This document shows, one piece after another, positions 25,291 through 38,009 of a DNA stretch of 64,000 nt. Every line of letters starts with the position of its first letter. Position 1 is the stretch's first letter. The position numbers and the translations under genes were made by a program. This DNA comes from Camelus dromedarius (taxonomy: Eukaryota): positions 101,186,001 to 101,250,000 of the forward strand of contig NC_087472.1 in assembly GCF_036321535.1 (NCBI RefSeq), read 5' to 3'. A model generated the notes under the pieces. It worked only from the letters and a program-made list of their open reading frames with translations. It did no database searches and was not told the origin of the DNA.

Positions 25291-26274
25291 TAGATAATGA
25301 AATAATTATAATTTAAAAAGCTTCCCTAGTAGTTACATTATTAGAAGAAGTCATGAAATGCTTTGATTTAGAGGCCCCCAAGCTGTCCAGGCAGGAGGGC
25401 ATATGGTAAGAAACTGTTGATGTGCAACATGGCTAGAAGAGGTCAGACTAACTTGCATAATAGAATCCAGCCCTTCAGCTGCACAGAAGCCCTCCTGGGT
25501 AAGAAGCTGAGATGCCTTTGGTATGTGGAGGTTTTATTTCTAATGCTGGCTCTCATAAGAGAATTGGAACCCTCTTGGGCTTTATGGCAAGGCTCTTACT
25601 TAGAATCAGTCTCATTCAGAGGCAGGATTAAGTTGGAGGGAGTATTCCCAACGTATTTGGTCCTTGATTAGAGAGACAGCAGATGGCCTTTAAGCCAGAC
25701 ATCAGCCATGCCAGACAATGTTAGGATTGCCTGCTTTCTGAGCTTTTCAGAGTGAAAGGACTGCCACAGTGATGTGACTTGGACATGACATTTCTTAGAG
25801 CAGCGTAAAGGGATATATGATTATTAAAATCAAAGGTGACAGCTGCTGTATGGGCCAGACCTATGGGGCATGGTGAAGGGGGCAAAATTCCGGCGTCTCA
25901 CATTTCTATGTGTGCGTTTGTGTGTGTATTTGTGTCTACAATTCTGTTACTGCTATTTCAAGAAGAAACAGAGGGATTAAAAATTGCAGTTCTACTCCCT
26001 TTCTTTGGCTGCCCAAGTAGCCTCACCTCCAAAAATGTGAATTATAATCCCAAAGCCCCTTGCTAGCCTTCTCCAATAATCTCTGCTCATCACACATCAC
26101 ATTCTACAGTGCCACTTTTTGGTTTTCAGATCTCTCCCCTTAGTCAGTAAGCATGGATGGAGGGCATACTATGTCCCTGCACTGTGTTATGACCTGAGGA
26201 TAGAGTTGAGGGTGCTTAAGGTGACAAGGATGTTTAAATAGATAAATACAACACTATCTAATGGGCCTTGAGAG

Positions 26275-26760
26275 AAGTGTCTTAATTTCAGTTTCTCCCA
26301 AAGCAGGCAACAAGGATTTGAGTGCAAGTAGCTTTTTGGGAAAGTAATGCCAGGAAACAGTGGTAGAAAAGACCAGGGAATTCAGGCAGGGAATGGAAGA
26401 AAGCTGATCAAGGGTGCATACCATAGGCAACTGGGGTTCAGTCTCCCTGGGGAACTCTGGCAGACAGTATAAATGTCCCTCATCCTCCCAGTCAGGGGGC
26501 CACACAGTTGGCACATCAGCCATCAGATTGCTCTTCATCAGGGTTTGAAGGCTGCCTGGAGAGGCATTAACGCCCTAGCACTATTCCCGAGCACCTGGCC
26601 AAATGTGTTCCGTGGGCAGATATACAGCCCCAGGTGGAACCACAGGTGTTCATAGTTAGCAGCCTTCTGTGTCTTCCTTGCCACAGTAAGCATCTCTTCC
26701 AAGAAGATGTGGACAGGGCCCCAGCAGCATCTGCTAAAAGAAGTATGTTGGGTTTACAGT
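26275..26760. mobile_element. MaLR LTR (old MLT1-type)
   Basis: TGTCTTAATTTCAGTTTCTCCCAAAGCAG..AAGGATTTGAGTGCAAGTAG..GGCAACTGGGGTTCAGTCTCCCTGGGGAACTCTGG. Confidence 0.65.
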
Positions 26761-26779
26761 GAGGGCACACAGAAAGGAT

Positions 26780-27070
26780 TAGCCATTCCTAGTTTGTGTG
26801 ATCAACAAAGACTTCACAGAGAAGGGCTTTCCAGGCTGGAACAAAGGCACAGAGTGTTTTGGAGAATGCAGTGAGTTCAACCTGGCTGGCGTGGATGTGT
26901 TCCGAGAGAGAGCTGGAGCATGGGAAAAGACAGTGCTAATAAGCAGGCCAGGGCCAGCTCCAGGAGGCCCATACTCCAAGCTATACTCCATACTCTACTG
27001 GAGAAACAGAGAAAGCCATAGTTAAGAAGGCTTGTGACCTGGCTACATTTGCCTTTTAGAAAGGTCGGTG
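26780..27070 (-). mobile_element. L2 fragment
   Basis: AAAGACTTCACAGAGAAG..CAAAGGCACAGAG..TTTGCCTTTTAGAAAG resembles antisense L2. Confidence 0.5.
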
Positions 27071-27089
27071 TGGCTATGATAGTCAGGAC

Positions 27090-27476
27090 AGGTGGCTGCT
27101 TCTTCCTGTTTGCTTCCTGTGAGTTTAGTGTCCATTTCCTGTTGCTGTGAGCAACACCCCAGCACTAATTCATTCCCATCCAGTTTGCAGTTTTCCCAGC
27201 ACTCTCATGATCAGCCTCATTGTGTCCCCTCCACGGGGATCTGGGTCACAGCCCCACGGGTCCCTCCTCCAAGCTTCTAGGTTCTGATAACAGCCACCTC
27301 TTCCCTTTGTTCCCTCACATCCGAGGCAGCTACTGATTCCTGTGTTATCCCAGCATTCCATCTACCTTATGAGTTCTCCAATGCCCATTTCAGCAATTTC
27401 ACTTCCCACCCTTGGTTTATCTCTGCTGAAATAACTATGGTGCTTTGTCTTTCTGCCTGCATCCTGACTGATGCAG
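27090..27476 (-). mobile_element. Old ERVL-type LTR (LTR16/LTR33-like)
   Basis: Ends CTTTGTCTTTCTGCCTGCATCCTGACTGATGCA, resembling the ERVL-type LTR terminus ..CCTGACTGATACA. Confidence 0.5.
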
Positions 27477-27684
27477 GGAGGCACATCCGATGGAGTATCT
27501 GGTGAGTAGGCTTAGCTTGGAGACCATGAATTAGTAGTCCATACACTTGTTTCATTTTCCCCAAAGCTCTCAACAGCAAGGATGTAGGCATGGAGAAAGC
27601 AGATGGTTGCGCTTCAAACCTTGGGGGTTTGAAGAGGAAGATGTTCAAGAGGGTACATAAGCATCACTGGCAGGTGGACTAGAT

Positions 27685-27940
27685 AATAATAACAACAGCA
27701 GTAGCAACAATAATAATAGATACACTTACAATTTTATTTACTGTGTGCCAGGCACTGTTTTAAGTGCTTTATGTATACTGTTAATTAACTTAGCCCCATG
27801 ACAACCCTAGGAGATATGTATGTACTTTTATTCTCCACTTTGCAGATGAGGACACCAAGGCACCAAGAGGCTAAGTAATGTGCCTAAGGTTAAGTAAAGG
27901 GCGAAGTTGATATTTGAACCTTGGCAGTCTGCCCCCATGA
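27685..27940 (-). mobile_element. MIR
   Basis: TTACTGTGTGCCAGGCACTGTTTTAAGTGCTTTA..CCACTTTGCAGATGAGGACAC..ATTTGAACCTTGGCAGTCTG. Confidence 0.85.
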
Positions 27941-28849
27941 TTGGGATTTGTCATCATTACAAGGGGTGATTTTCCTGCCCTGCTGTTCTGTGATTCCACC
28001 GATATATTACTTAATGCTTCTATGACAGTCTGCGACTTGGCTGTAAGGTTTTAGTGAAGATGACACATTTCCAAGAAGCCCTCAGAGGAAGTCAGAGAAA
28101 GCTGAGCTCAATCTACAAAGATGAGACTGAAGAGAAAGCCGGAAGAAATGGCATGGACTACTGGGGGCTTAGAGCTCTTCTTCGGCAAAAGCGCAGATGG
28201 AAACGAGACAGAGGAGCTGAGAGTTTATCATTCTCTGAAAGCTTAATTAGGTCACTGGCAAGGACAGAATATTAAAAAAAAAATCCCATCAGCTAAAGAC
28301 CTGTGGGATTTAATTCCCTCATTTCTGCTCCTTAGTCTTAGAATAAATGAAGCCTTTTCCTAGTTACAAAAATGATGTTGAAAAATGATTGATTGTCCTA
28401 ATGAGGAAAGCGAACAGCTGCCTGAACAGCAGATGTAACTTTTATAATCATTTCCTCTTCATTGGTTTTCTCCCTAATGACCCCGGCACTGATGATAGTA
28501 TTTAAGAAGGAGGGTGTGTGATGGGCAGAGGCCTGGAATGATCAGGAAGCTTGGGCAAAGAGGAAAATGGTTGGCTCAAATCTCTCATGATCGGCTGCAT
28601 TTCTAACAAGCCTGAAGTTATGGCTGTTCATCAGGCTGGTTGAAAACAGCAGAACTAGAGTTTGTGGTGACCCAGTGTCCCAGGATTGAGGGCCAGACCT
28701 GACAGATAAACCACCCACAGCTGCCACATGTACTTAAATCTGCTCTAGCTTCAGTAAGGCCCTAGGGTGAACCATCATGCAGAAAGGAACATCCCCACCA
28801 GGGGACATTTGCAGACAACAAGTCTGCAAAGAAACTGAAATGTGATAGT

Positions 28850-29150
28850 TTAGGCAGCAGGCATGGTGGTTAAGTGCATGGGCTCTGGTGGCAAAGACTG
28901 TATTTCAAGTCCTGACTCTACCACTTACCAGCTGTGTGACCATGGGCAAGTCACCTAACCTCTCTGTGCTTTGCTTCTAGCTGTATGACCTTGGGCCAGT
29001 TTCTTAACCTCTCTGTGCCTTATTTTAAAGTTTCCTAATCTGTAAAATAATGATGATGAGAGTACCTATTTCATGGGATTGTTGAAGGGATTAAATATGT
29101 AAATGTAAAGCACTCAGAACTGTACCTGGCACAGATATTTCTTAAATATC
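28850..29150 (+). mobile_element. MIR with a duplicated core segment
   Basis: GCATGGTGGTTAAG..TTCAAGTCCTGACTCTACCACTTACCAGCTGTGTGACC..; the core occurs twice. Confidence 0.85.
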
Positions 29151-30429
29151 GTTAATGACCTGCCATTGGCAAAACTGTGAATAGCCAAGTTTTTCTGCCA
29201 TCTGCAAAAGTATGATGCAGCCAAATTAGTCTTCAGTGCCCTCCAGATTCCTGGACCTCTTTCTCTGTCCCTTCACCTCTGTGGCATGTTCTCTTATTCT
29301 GTACGAATAATGCACACAAATCTCAGGTGGGACTAAGACCCAAATTCATGATGAGATGCTATTGACTGTTAAGCTTTATCATGTTCCTCCTCTCAGTCTT
29401 AAGTCAGTAGGCTCATGTGGCATTTCAGGCACTGGCCAGAAGTGGTGGACCTCTCAGGACCAGTTGGTACTCATTTTGAAGACCAGTTTTGTGTGGCCCC
29501 TCCTGGTGCCCCTCGCCACAGCTCAGAAATCTTGAGCTTATGGTTGCCCCAGCTGGGATCACAGACCCCAGCACATCCTGTTCACGCAGTCCTGACATTG
29601 TACCCCCAAAGCAGTCATTTGTTCAGCCTATGGGCATAGCCATTGTTTTCTGGACATGTTGGACCAGACCTGCTTGGTAATACTCTTGTCCACATATCAG
29701 GGGAGCTGTCCCAAATTTTGGTTTGGTTCAAGTAGATATAATTACCCCTAATGTTAAAAAGTAAAATTTCTTTTAGTTTTCAAAGCATTTATCTTCATTT
29801 TTTTAGCCTCGTGATATTTCCAAGATGTCAAGTGGGAAAAAACAGGTTTGGTTGCACATACTAGAATACCTATCTTAAAGTGCCTTAAAAAATACGGGAA
29901 GTTAATTGCCCCAAATAAAGGAAGAGCCCAGCGACAGGGCAGTGATCAGCTCTTGTTTTATCAAGACTGACTTAATTTCTTTTGAGAATCTCTTGGCTCT
30001 TCCCCACAGATGGTTTGATTCTCAGGCTGGTAGAGGGCGCTGCAGCACCCCCGGGCTCAGATCCATATTCCACAACACCCAAGGAGGACTGGAACCATCA
30101 TTTCTGGTGGTTCTCTTTTAGAAGCACCCCGAAAGTGTCCTCTTGTGCCTCGTTGGCCTGAATCTGGTGATACGCCAAACCCTGAATAATCTTGAAGTCT
30201 GGGAGACTGCCATGTACTAACTGGTTTAGGTCTAGGATCCTGAGCCAATCACTGTCAAAGGGGCTGTAATTACATTTAGCCCGATTAGTCCCACCAATAG
30301 TATTGGAGATGGATCAGCTTTCTTCTTTCCTTCACTGTAGTAGGAAAAGAAAGACACTTAAGTAGAAGTCTGTAGTTTTGTTAGGAAGTGGGCATTGTCA
30401 GGATGCTGGATAGATAACTGGGAGATCAG

Positions 30430-30910
30430 TCTCCATGATGGCCTCCACTGATTCTTGCCTTCTGGTATTTGCACACCCCACACTCCACATTGAATAGGGC
30501 CGACCTGTGTCACCAGTAGGATATTACCAAAGTGACTGTGTGACTTCTGAGGCTATGTCCTAAGAGAACACTCGGGCCTCTGCCTTGGATCCCTCCCTCT
30601 GGGGGAAGCCAGTGCCATGCCATGAGGACACCTCTGTAGGTCTGTGCAGGGGCCCACAGAGAGAGGAACTGAGGCCTGCAGACAACAGCCTGCACCAATT
30701 TGCCAGCCATGAGTGTGAGTCATCTTGGAACTGGATCCTGATCCAGCACCTAGTCAAGCTGACATCTTAATGCAACCTCATGAGAGACCCTGAGTCAGAC
30801 TCACCCAGTTAGCTGCTCCCAGATTCCTGAACTTCAGAAAACCATGAAAGATAACAAATGATTCTGTTTTAGGCCACTAAGCTTTGAAGTGGTTTGTAAC
30901 ACAGCATCCT
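30430..30910 (+). mobile_element. MaLR LTR (MLT1E/F-type)
   Basis: GATGGCCTCCACTGATTCTTGCC..GTGTGACTTCTGAGGCTA..GAGGAACTGAGGCCT..TTTTAGGCCACTAAGCTTTG..TTTGTAACACAGCA. Confidence 0.8.
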
Positions 30911-31339
30911 ACATCCTGTACAATGAGCTTCAGTGGACTCTGCACCGAATTTTTTTTTTAAGATCCACAGGGCTTCCCTCCTCCCTTTCCTTTTCTTTCT
31001 ACATAGTCCAAGTGCAATGAGTGCTTTTAGAAAGAATTCCTTTCTTCCCCATTACGTTTACTACTTCACTGAATAAGTAGCTACAACCAAATATGTTTTC
31101 TGAAGAATTTCACCTGAGTTCTTAATTTTAATTCACAACTTCCAAGTTGTGCCACAGACAAGGCTGACATGGAAAACTCTGAACTGGGAAGTTGCCTGAG
31201 TAACAGAGTGAGAAGTTTACCAGGCCCACCTGGATAGCTGACTTAGAGTCAGTCAGTCCTTAGTATATACAGGCTCTACCAAGTCAGAAAAAAAAACATT
31301 TAACTTTACAAATAATCAGGACAGAATTTCCCCCTGGAA

Positions 31340-32500
31340 ATATGGTAACACTAAAAAAGATTATAACATTTTGCTTTTCTCCTGATTGTAAAGGTAAAAA
31401 CATTTTCAAATAGAAAATGTGGGAGATAAATACTGGAAAGAATAAAGAAGAAACTAGGAATCACCCATAATATCACTACAGAGACTACTATTAACATTTC
31501 TTCGTTGCTTTCCTGCGTGCATTTCACTATAAAATCATGATATTAAATATACAGTTTTATATCCTACTTTTCCCGTTATGTTCTGAGCATTTTCTTATGT
31601 GGCTAAATATTCCTCAAAAAGGTGTTCTTTAATGGATGCTCAAAGTTTTATTAAATAAGTGTGCCATCATTATTTTAGCCATTCCCCTGGGAGATTCTCA
31701 ATTTTTTCTATCATAGACAAAGTTGGGGGGACAGTCCTTGTACATTCATCATTGACCACTTCTCTGATTATCTCCTATAATTCCTAGAAGTAGAATTATC
31801 AGGTCAAGTTTATGATATTTTCTAAAGCCATTGATCTATATTGCCAAGTTGCCCTTCAGCAAAGTCTTACCGATTTACAGTGTTTGAAGAAGGTTATGAG
31901 ACTGTTTGTGTCACTGCACATTTATCAAAACAGAGCAGGACAATTTCTAAATTAATATCAGTTTGAAAGGTGAAAACAGTATCTTGTATTAATTTACATT
32001 CACTTATTAGTTGGAAGTTGAACATTCACACATTTATTAGCCATTTGTATTTCTTCTTTTGTGAAGTATCACAACCATCATTTATTTTTTTCCATTAGGA
32101 TTTCATCTTTTAAAAGAAACTGTTAAAATATCTAGATCAATAATATTAAGTATAGTACAAATACTTTCCTCATCTGCTCATTTGCCTTTTAATTTTATAT
32201 ATGATGTTTTTGGGTGACCATATTGATATATTTCTCTGCTTTTATATTTTGGAAGTGTGCTACCATGTCAATACGACTTAAGCATTTGTTTTAAAATTTG
32301 TGTTTCTCTTTTAATTATTAACCCATCAAAAATTTATTTTGTGGTATGGTGTGAGGTAAGAATATAACTTTTGGGCTTTTTTTTCTGATTTAGTCAGTTA
32401 GTCGACCTGAGAGAGTTTATTTAATAAACCTTTAGTTCACCACTGATTAGTATGATGATCTTTATTACACACCAGATTCTCATGTATATGTGTCCAGCAT
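31340..32500 (-). mobile_element. Decayed L1 (L1ME-type) 3' region
   Basis: TTCCTAGAAGTAGAATT..TATTGCCAAGTTGCCCT..TTATTAGCCATTTGTATTTCTTCTTTTGTGAA..GTATGGTGTGAGGTAAG. Confidence 0.7.
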
Positions 32501-33024
32501 GGTTCACTATGGCTTTAGGAGGGATACATTATCTATATTTATAGATAAGGTTTCACTTCTTTTAATATTCAAAATATTGATAGGGACTGACCAGTCTCTG
32601 CTGGACTCTGTGTTCTGTACAGTGACAGAAACAGAATTGGTGGCTTACCAGTGAGTGAGATGGCACCTGCAGTTCTCTCTGTTGGGGGAGCTGGAAGCTG
32701 GACTGGCCCATAAGCTCTTGGGGTTCCTGGGAAATTTAACTGGGGCTGTTACAAGTGAAAGATACTATACATCTTGCTCAACTGAGGTAAGGGGAAAAGA
32801 ATAAGGGAAAATGACATGCAGTAGTCATTATTTCAAGATAAAGTCTCATTTGAAAAGTTCATAAGAAGTAGAGTCTTTGTAACATAACCCTTGTGACAGA
32901 ATCTGCAGTGTCTCCTAAACAATTGAAGAAGGTGGTTCAAGAGGTGTGTTACCTCAATAGTAAGTTTTTAATGTTGGTGATTCAGGATTCTTTTGGAAGC
33001 AAGCACCTTTTAAAACTTTGTATT

Positions 33025-33476
33025 TGTATTAGTTAGGGAGGTTCTAGCTGCTACAAGTGTACTCCTAAATTTTAGTGGCTTAACAGAATAGAATTTATTT
33101 CTTGCCCTTATAACAGTCCACAGGGAGTCCTGGTCAGCAGAGAGTGTTCCATGTAGTCATTTAGGAATCCAGGCTGTTTCCGTCTTGTGTCTCTGCTGTC
33201 CTTTAGGACATCAGACTCCACTGCTCAATCCTTTGCATCTAGCTAGCAGCCAAGTGAGAGAAGAAGGTGGAGGAGGCACATCTGCTTCCTAACTACATGG
33301 GTTCAGAATGGGCACACATCACATCTGCTCATACTCTTTTGTCAAAAACTAGCCATAGGGCTCCACCTAGATGCTGGAAATGTAGTACCTGGCTGAGAAG
33401 CCATTTCCTAGCAACAGTTTTATACCATGGAAGCAAATGCATGAATTTTATTGTATTGTTAGCTGTCTCTGCCACA
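33025..33476. mobile_element. MaLR LTR (old MLT1-type)
   Basis: TGTATTAGTTAGGG..TAGTGGCTTAACAGAATAGAATTTATTTCTTGC..CACACATCACATCTGCTCA..GCTGGAAATGTAGT. Confidence 0.7.
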
Positions 33477-33541
33477 TTCACTAACTATGAAAATTTTCAG
33501 ATGGGGGAAATTTCATGGGGTTTAAGAGGTATTGGTATTAC

Positions 33542-33682
33542 AAAGAGTTTCTCAACCTTATTACTATCGACACTTTGGATTGAATAATTCTTTGTTGCAA
33601 GGACCTGTCCTGTGCATTTAAAGATGTTTAGCAGCATCTCTGGTCTCTACTCATTAGATGCCAGTAGCATCCCCTTAGTTGT
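33542..33682 (+). mobile_element. MER20 (hAT-Charlie), left part
   Basis: TTTCTCAACCT..ACTATCGACACTTTGG..ATAATTCTTTGTTG..GTCCTGTGCAT..GATGTTTAGCAGCATCTCTGG..AGATGCCAGTAGCA. Confidence 0.85.
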
Positions 33683-33749
33683 TACTGTTTTCTGTGTATT
33701 GCCCTTGTCCTTTGTTTATTTGGTCTTCTACTTTTTTCTATCTTATATT

Positions 33750-35685
33750 GTTTTTTATTGAAGTATAGTTGATTTATAATATTTCAGGTGTACAGCAAAG
33801 TGATTCAGTTATACATATATATGTATCTATTCTTTTTCATAATAGGTTATTACAAAATATTGAATATAATTCCCTGTGCTATACAATAGGTCCTTGCTGT
33901 TTATCTGTTTTATATATAGTAGTGTGTAATACTAAATCCCTAATTTATCTCTCCCCATCTCCTTTCCCCTTGATAATAAGTTTGTTTTCTAAGCCTGTGA
34001 GTCTGTTTCTGTTTTGTAAATAAGATCATTTGTATCATATGAAATGTCTGTTTAGGTCTTCTGCCCATTTTTTTGTATATATATATTTTTATTGGAGAAT
34101 AGTCAGTTTACAATGTGTCAGTTTCTGGTCTGCAGCATAATGCTTCAGTCATACATAAACATACATATATTTGTTTTCATATTATTTTTCACCATCGGTT
34201 ACTACAATATATTGAATATAGTTCCCTGTGCTACACAGTATAAACTTGTTTATCTATTATACATATATTAGTATCTGCAAATCTTGAACTCCCAATTTAT
34301 CCCTTCCCACCCCCTTACCCCTCTGGTAACTGTAAGTTTGTTTTCTATGTCTGTGAGTCTGTTTCTGTTTTATAAATAAGTTCATTTGTCTTTTTTTTAG
34401 ATTTCACATATAAGTGTTATCATACGGTATTTTTCTTTTTCTTTCTGGCTTATTTCACTTAGAATGACAGTCTCCAGGTCCATCCATGTTGCTGCAAGTG
34501 GCATTATTTTTTTTTAATGGCTGAGTAGTATTCTGTTGTATAAATATACCACAACTTCTTCCAGTTATCTGTTGATGGAAATTTAGGTTCTTTCCATGTC
34601 TTGGCTATTGTAAATTCTGCCCATTTTTTTTATTGGGTTGTGTGGGTTGTTTTTTTTTTTTTTTGATATTGAGCTATATAAGCTGTTTGTATATTTTGTA
34701 AATTAATTCCTTGTTGGTCACATTGTTTGCAAATATTTTCTCCCATTATGTAGGCTATCTTTTTGTTTTATTTATGATTTCCTTTGCTGTCCAAAAGCTT
34801 TTTAGTTTAATTAGATTCCATTTGTTTATTTTTGCTTTTGTTTCTATTACTCTAGGAGTAATATTGTTGCAATTTATGTCAAAGAGTATTCTGCCTATGT
34901 TTTCCTCTAGGAGTTTTAAAGTATCCGGTCTTACATTTAGGTCTTTAATCCATTTTGAGTATATTTTTGTATATGGTGTTAGAGAATGTCTTAATTTCAT
35001 TCTTTTACATGTAGCTGTCCAGTTTTCCCTGCACTACTTATTGAAGACACTGTCTTTTCTCCATTGTATATTCTTGCCTTCTTTGTTGTAGGTTAACTGA
35101 CTATAAGTGCATGGATTTATTTATGGGCTTTCTATCCTGTTCTATTGATCTGTGTGTCTGTTCTGTGTCAGTACCATGCTGTTTTGATGACTGTAGCTTT
35201 TGTAGTATAGTCTGAAGTCAGGGAGTATGATTCCTACAGCTCCATTCTTCTTTCTCAAGATTATTTTGGTCTTTTGTATTTCCCTAGAAATTAAAAAATA
35301 ATTGTCCTAGTTCTGTGAAAAATGTCATTGGTAATTTGATAGAGATTGTGTTGAATCTGTAGATTGCCTTGGGTAGTATGGTCATTTTACCAATACTGAT
35401 TCTTCCAATCCAAGAACGCAGTATATCTTTCTATCTGTTGTGTCATCTTCAGTTTCTTTCTTCAGAATCTTATAGTTTTTGGAGTACAGATCTTGGCTTT
35501 CTTAGGTAGGTTTATTCCTAGGTATTTTATCCTTTTTGATGCAGTGGTAAATGGGATTGTTTCCTTAATTTCTCTTTCTGATATTTCATTGTCAGTGTAT
35601 AGAAATGCAACAGATTTTTGTATATTAATTTTGTATCCTGCAACTTTTCTGAATTCGTTGATGAGTTCTAGTTGTTTTCAGTTGG
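33750..35685 (-). mobile_element. Intermediate-age L1 (3' half of ORF2 + 3' UTR) with an internal deletion near 34040
   Basis: ORF2 peptide [30 protein letters not shown] (ORF 34755-35000); 3' UTR TTTATTGAAGTATAGTTGATTTA at the left end. Confidence 0.88.
34075..34614 (-). mobile_element. Young 5'-truncated L1 nested in L1
   Basis: Same 3' UTR as the other young L1 copies; exact 16-bp TSD TTCTGCCCATTTTTTT at 34059-34074 and 34615-34630. Confidence 0.92.
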
Positions 35686-37915
35686 CATGTCTTTTCTTGT
35701 TTTAAGTGAGTGTTTTACGTGATTCCATTTCCTCTCTTAGCATATTAATTGTACTTCTTTTTTTTAAACTTATTTAGTGGTTGCTCTAGCATTTTCAGTA
35801 TACATTTACAACTATTTCAAATCCACTTTTAAATAACAGTATACCACTTTGCAACTAGTGCAAGTAAGTACCTTATAACAGAATATTCATAGTTCCTCCC
35901 TCCCACCCCTTATAACATTGCTGTCATTCGTTTAACTTATTCATAAACTGTATTTGCTGACTACATTGCTGCTATTGCTATTATGAATTGTTATGTGTTG
36001 GTTAATTAAAAATTAGGAAAGGAAAAGATTTTATTTTTCCTTTACTTATTCCTACTGTAGCACTCTTCCTTTCCTTTATATAGTTCTAACTTTCTGACCT
36101 GTATAATTTTTCTTCTCTTAGAAGAACTTTTTAAAAACATTTCTTGCAAGATAGGTCTACTGGCAACAAATTCCCTCAATTTGTTTGTCTGAGAAAGTCT
36201 TTATCTCTCCTTCACTTTTGAAGGATAGTTTTACTGGATACAGAATTCTAGGTTGGTGGGTTTTTCTTTCAACACTTCGAATATTTCACTCCAGTCTCTT
36301 CTTACTTGCGTGTTTTCTGAAAAAAAGTTGGAGGTAATTCATAACTTTTCTCCTCTGTAGATAAAGTGTTTTATTTCTTTGTCTTCTTTCAGTATTTTAT
36401 CTGTGTCTTTGATTTTCTGAAGTTTAAATATGATATACCTAGTTATATATTTTAAAATATTTATCTTGTTTGATGTTCTCTGAGTTTCCTGGATGTGGTT
36501 TAGTGTCTGTAATTAATTTTGGAAAATTCTCAATCATTATTACTTCAAATATTTCTTATGTTTCTTCCCCTCTTTCTACTCCATCTGACATTTCCATTAT
36601 GCATATGTGACACTTTTGTAATTGTCCCATAGTTCTTGGATATCCTATTCTATCCTTTCATTTTTTTTCTCTTTGTATTTCAGTTTTATAAGTTTCTATT
36701 TACATATCTTCAAGCTCATTGATTGCTTCCTCAGTTGTATTTAATCTGTTGCTGAGCCGATCAAAGGCATTCTTCGTTTCTGTTACAGTGTTTTGGATTT
36801 CCAGCGTTTCCTCTTGATGCCTAGAATTTCTGTCTCTCTGCTTACATTATCCATCTGCTTTTGCATGTTATCCACTTTTCCATTAGAGCCCTTGGTATAT
36901 TAATCACAGTTGTTTTAAATTCCCAGTCTAATCGTTGTAAAATCTCTGCCATGTCTGAGTCTGGTTCTGATGCTTGGTTTGTATTTTCAGACTATGTTTT
37001 TTGCCTTTTGGAATGCCTTGTAATATTTTTGTAGAAAGCTAGTCATGATGTGATGGGTAAAGGAAACTGAGGTAAACAGACCTCTAGTGTGAGGTTTTAT
37101 TTTTTATTTGTCTAGGAGTTGGGCTGTGTTTACTGTTTGTTGTAGCTATAGGTGTCAGTGGTTAAAATTTCCTCTGATGTCCATATTTTTGTAGCCCCTT
37201 TTGTCTTTGGTTTTCCATAGAGACTTCTTAAATAAGGTCTGGGTTGTGCAGTTCTCTCAGTTGTATTCCTGTATTATTACACAGGAGCCCTACTGATGTG
37301 GTGGTAAGGTGTATGGTATATTCTGTAATTCTATGATTAGGTCTTCATCTTTTAGTGAGCCTGAGCCTCCTACAAGTGCTTTTCATTCTCACCACCTGAC
37401 CCTCTTCAACCTTAGGTGAGATAGGAAAGCTAGTAGAAGCTGGAGTTGGATGTTTCCCTTCTCCCAGGTCAGTTAGGCCCTAGTAAAACCCCAGTTGGTA
37501 AGGCCCTGGCAAAATAGTTTTTTTCTTAAGGGTACACCTTGTTAAGAAGAACAGAATGCTGTAGGCATATTACAGAATGGCCATGTTTCCCCTGTACCTG
37601 CTAGAAACATGAGAAAATTTCCCCCTAGTCTTAACTGTGAGAACCTGGTAGGGCTCCTGGAGATAAAACTCAGAAAAGTGTGGGCCTACCTTAAGGCTGG
37701 TGGTGGTTTTTGCTCCTGATGGTAAACTGTGATTATTTGTATATGTCCGTTTCTCTGTCCAAATTTGGGGGCATTGGTTTGCCCATGACCTCAGTTCTCT
37801 GCTAGATCTAAGAAGAGTTATTGATTTTCAGTTTCTTCAGCTTTTTTCTTATTTTGGAGTTGGGAGTGATGACTTCTAAGCTCCTTGCACGCTAGACCAG
37901 AAACCAGACATTTAC

Positions 37916-38009
37916 CATCCCTTCCAGTTGTGACAACCAAAAATGTCTCCAGGAATTGCCAAATATCCTCTGGAGAGGAGTCAAAATCACCCTCAGTTGT
38001 AAATCATTG
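37916..38009 (+). mobile_element. MER20, right part
   Basis: CAGTTGTGACAACCAAAAATGTCTCCAG..ATTGCCAAATATCCTCTGG..CAAAATCACCCTCAGTTG. Confidence 0.85.

Larger units (their letters stand above)
33683..37910 (-). mobile_element. Old L1 (L1MC/L1MD-type) 5' UTR + ORF1 + inter-ORF region, hosting younger L1s
   Basis: Minus strand starts GTCTGGTTTCTGGTCTAGCGTGCAAGGAGCTTAGAAGTCATCACTCC, resembling an L1MC/MD 5' end; 35700-36520 and 33683-33740 align by eye to 23780-24600. Confidence 0.75.

Noticed and set aside
30041..30060. REST/NRSE site (TGCAGCACC..)
   Set aside because: Only the left half matches; the GGACAG half is absent.
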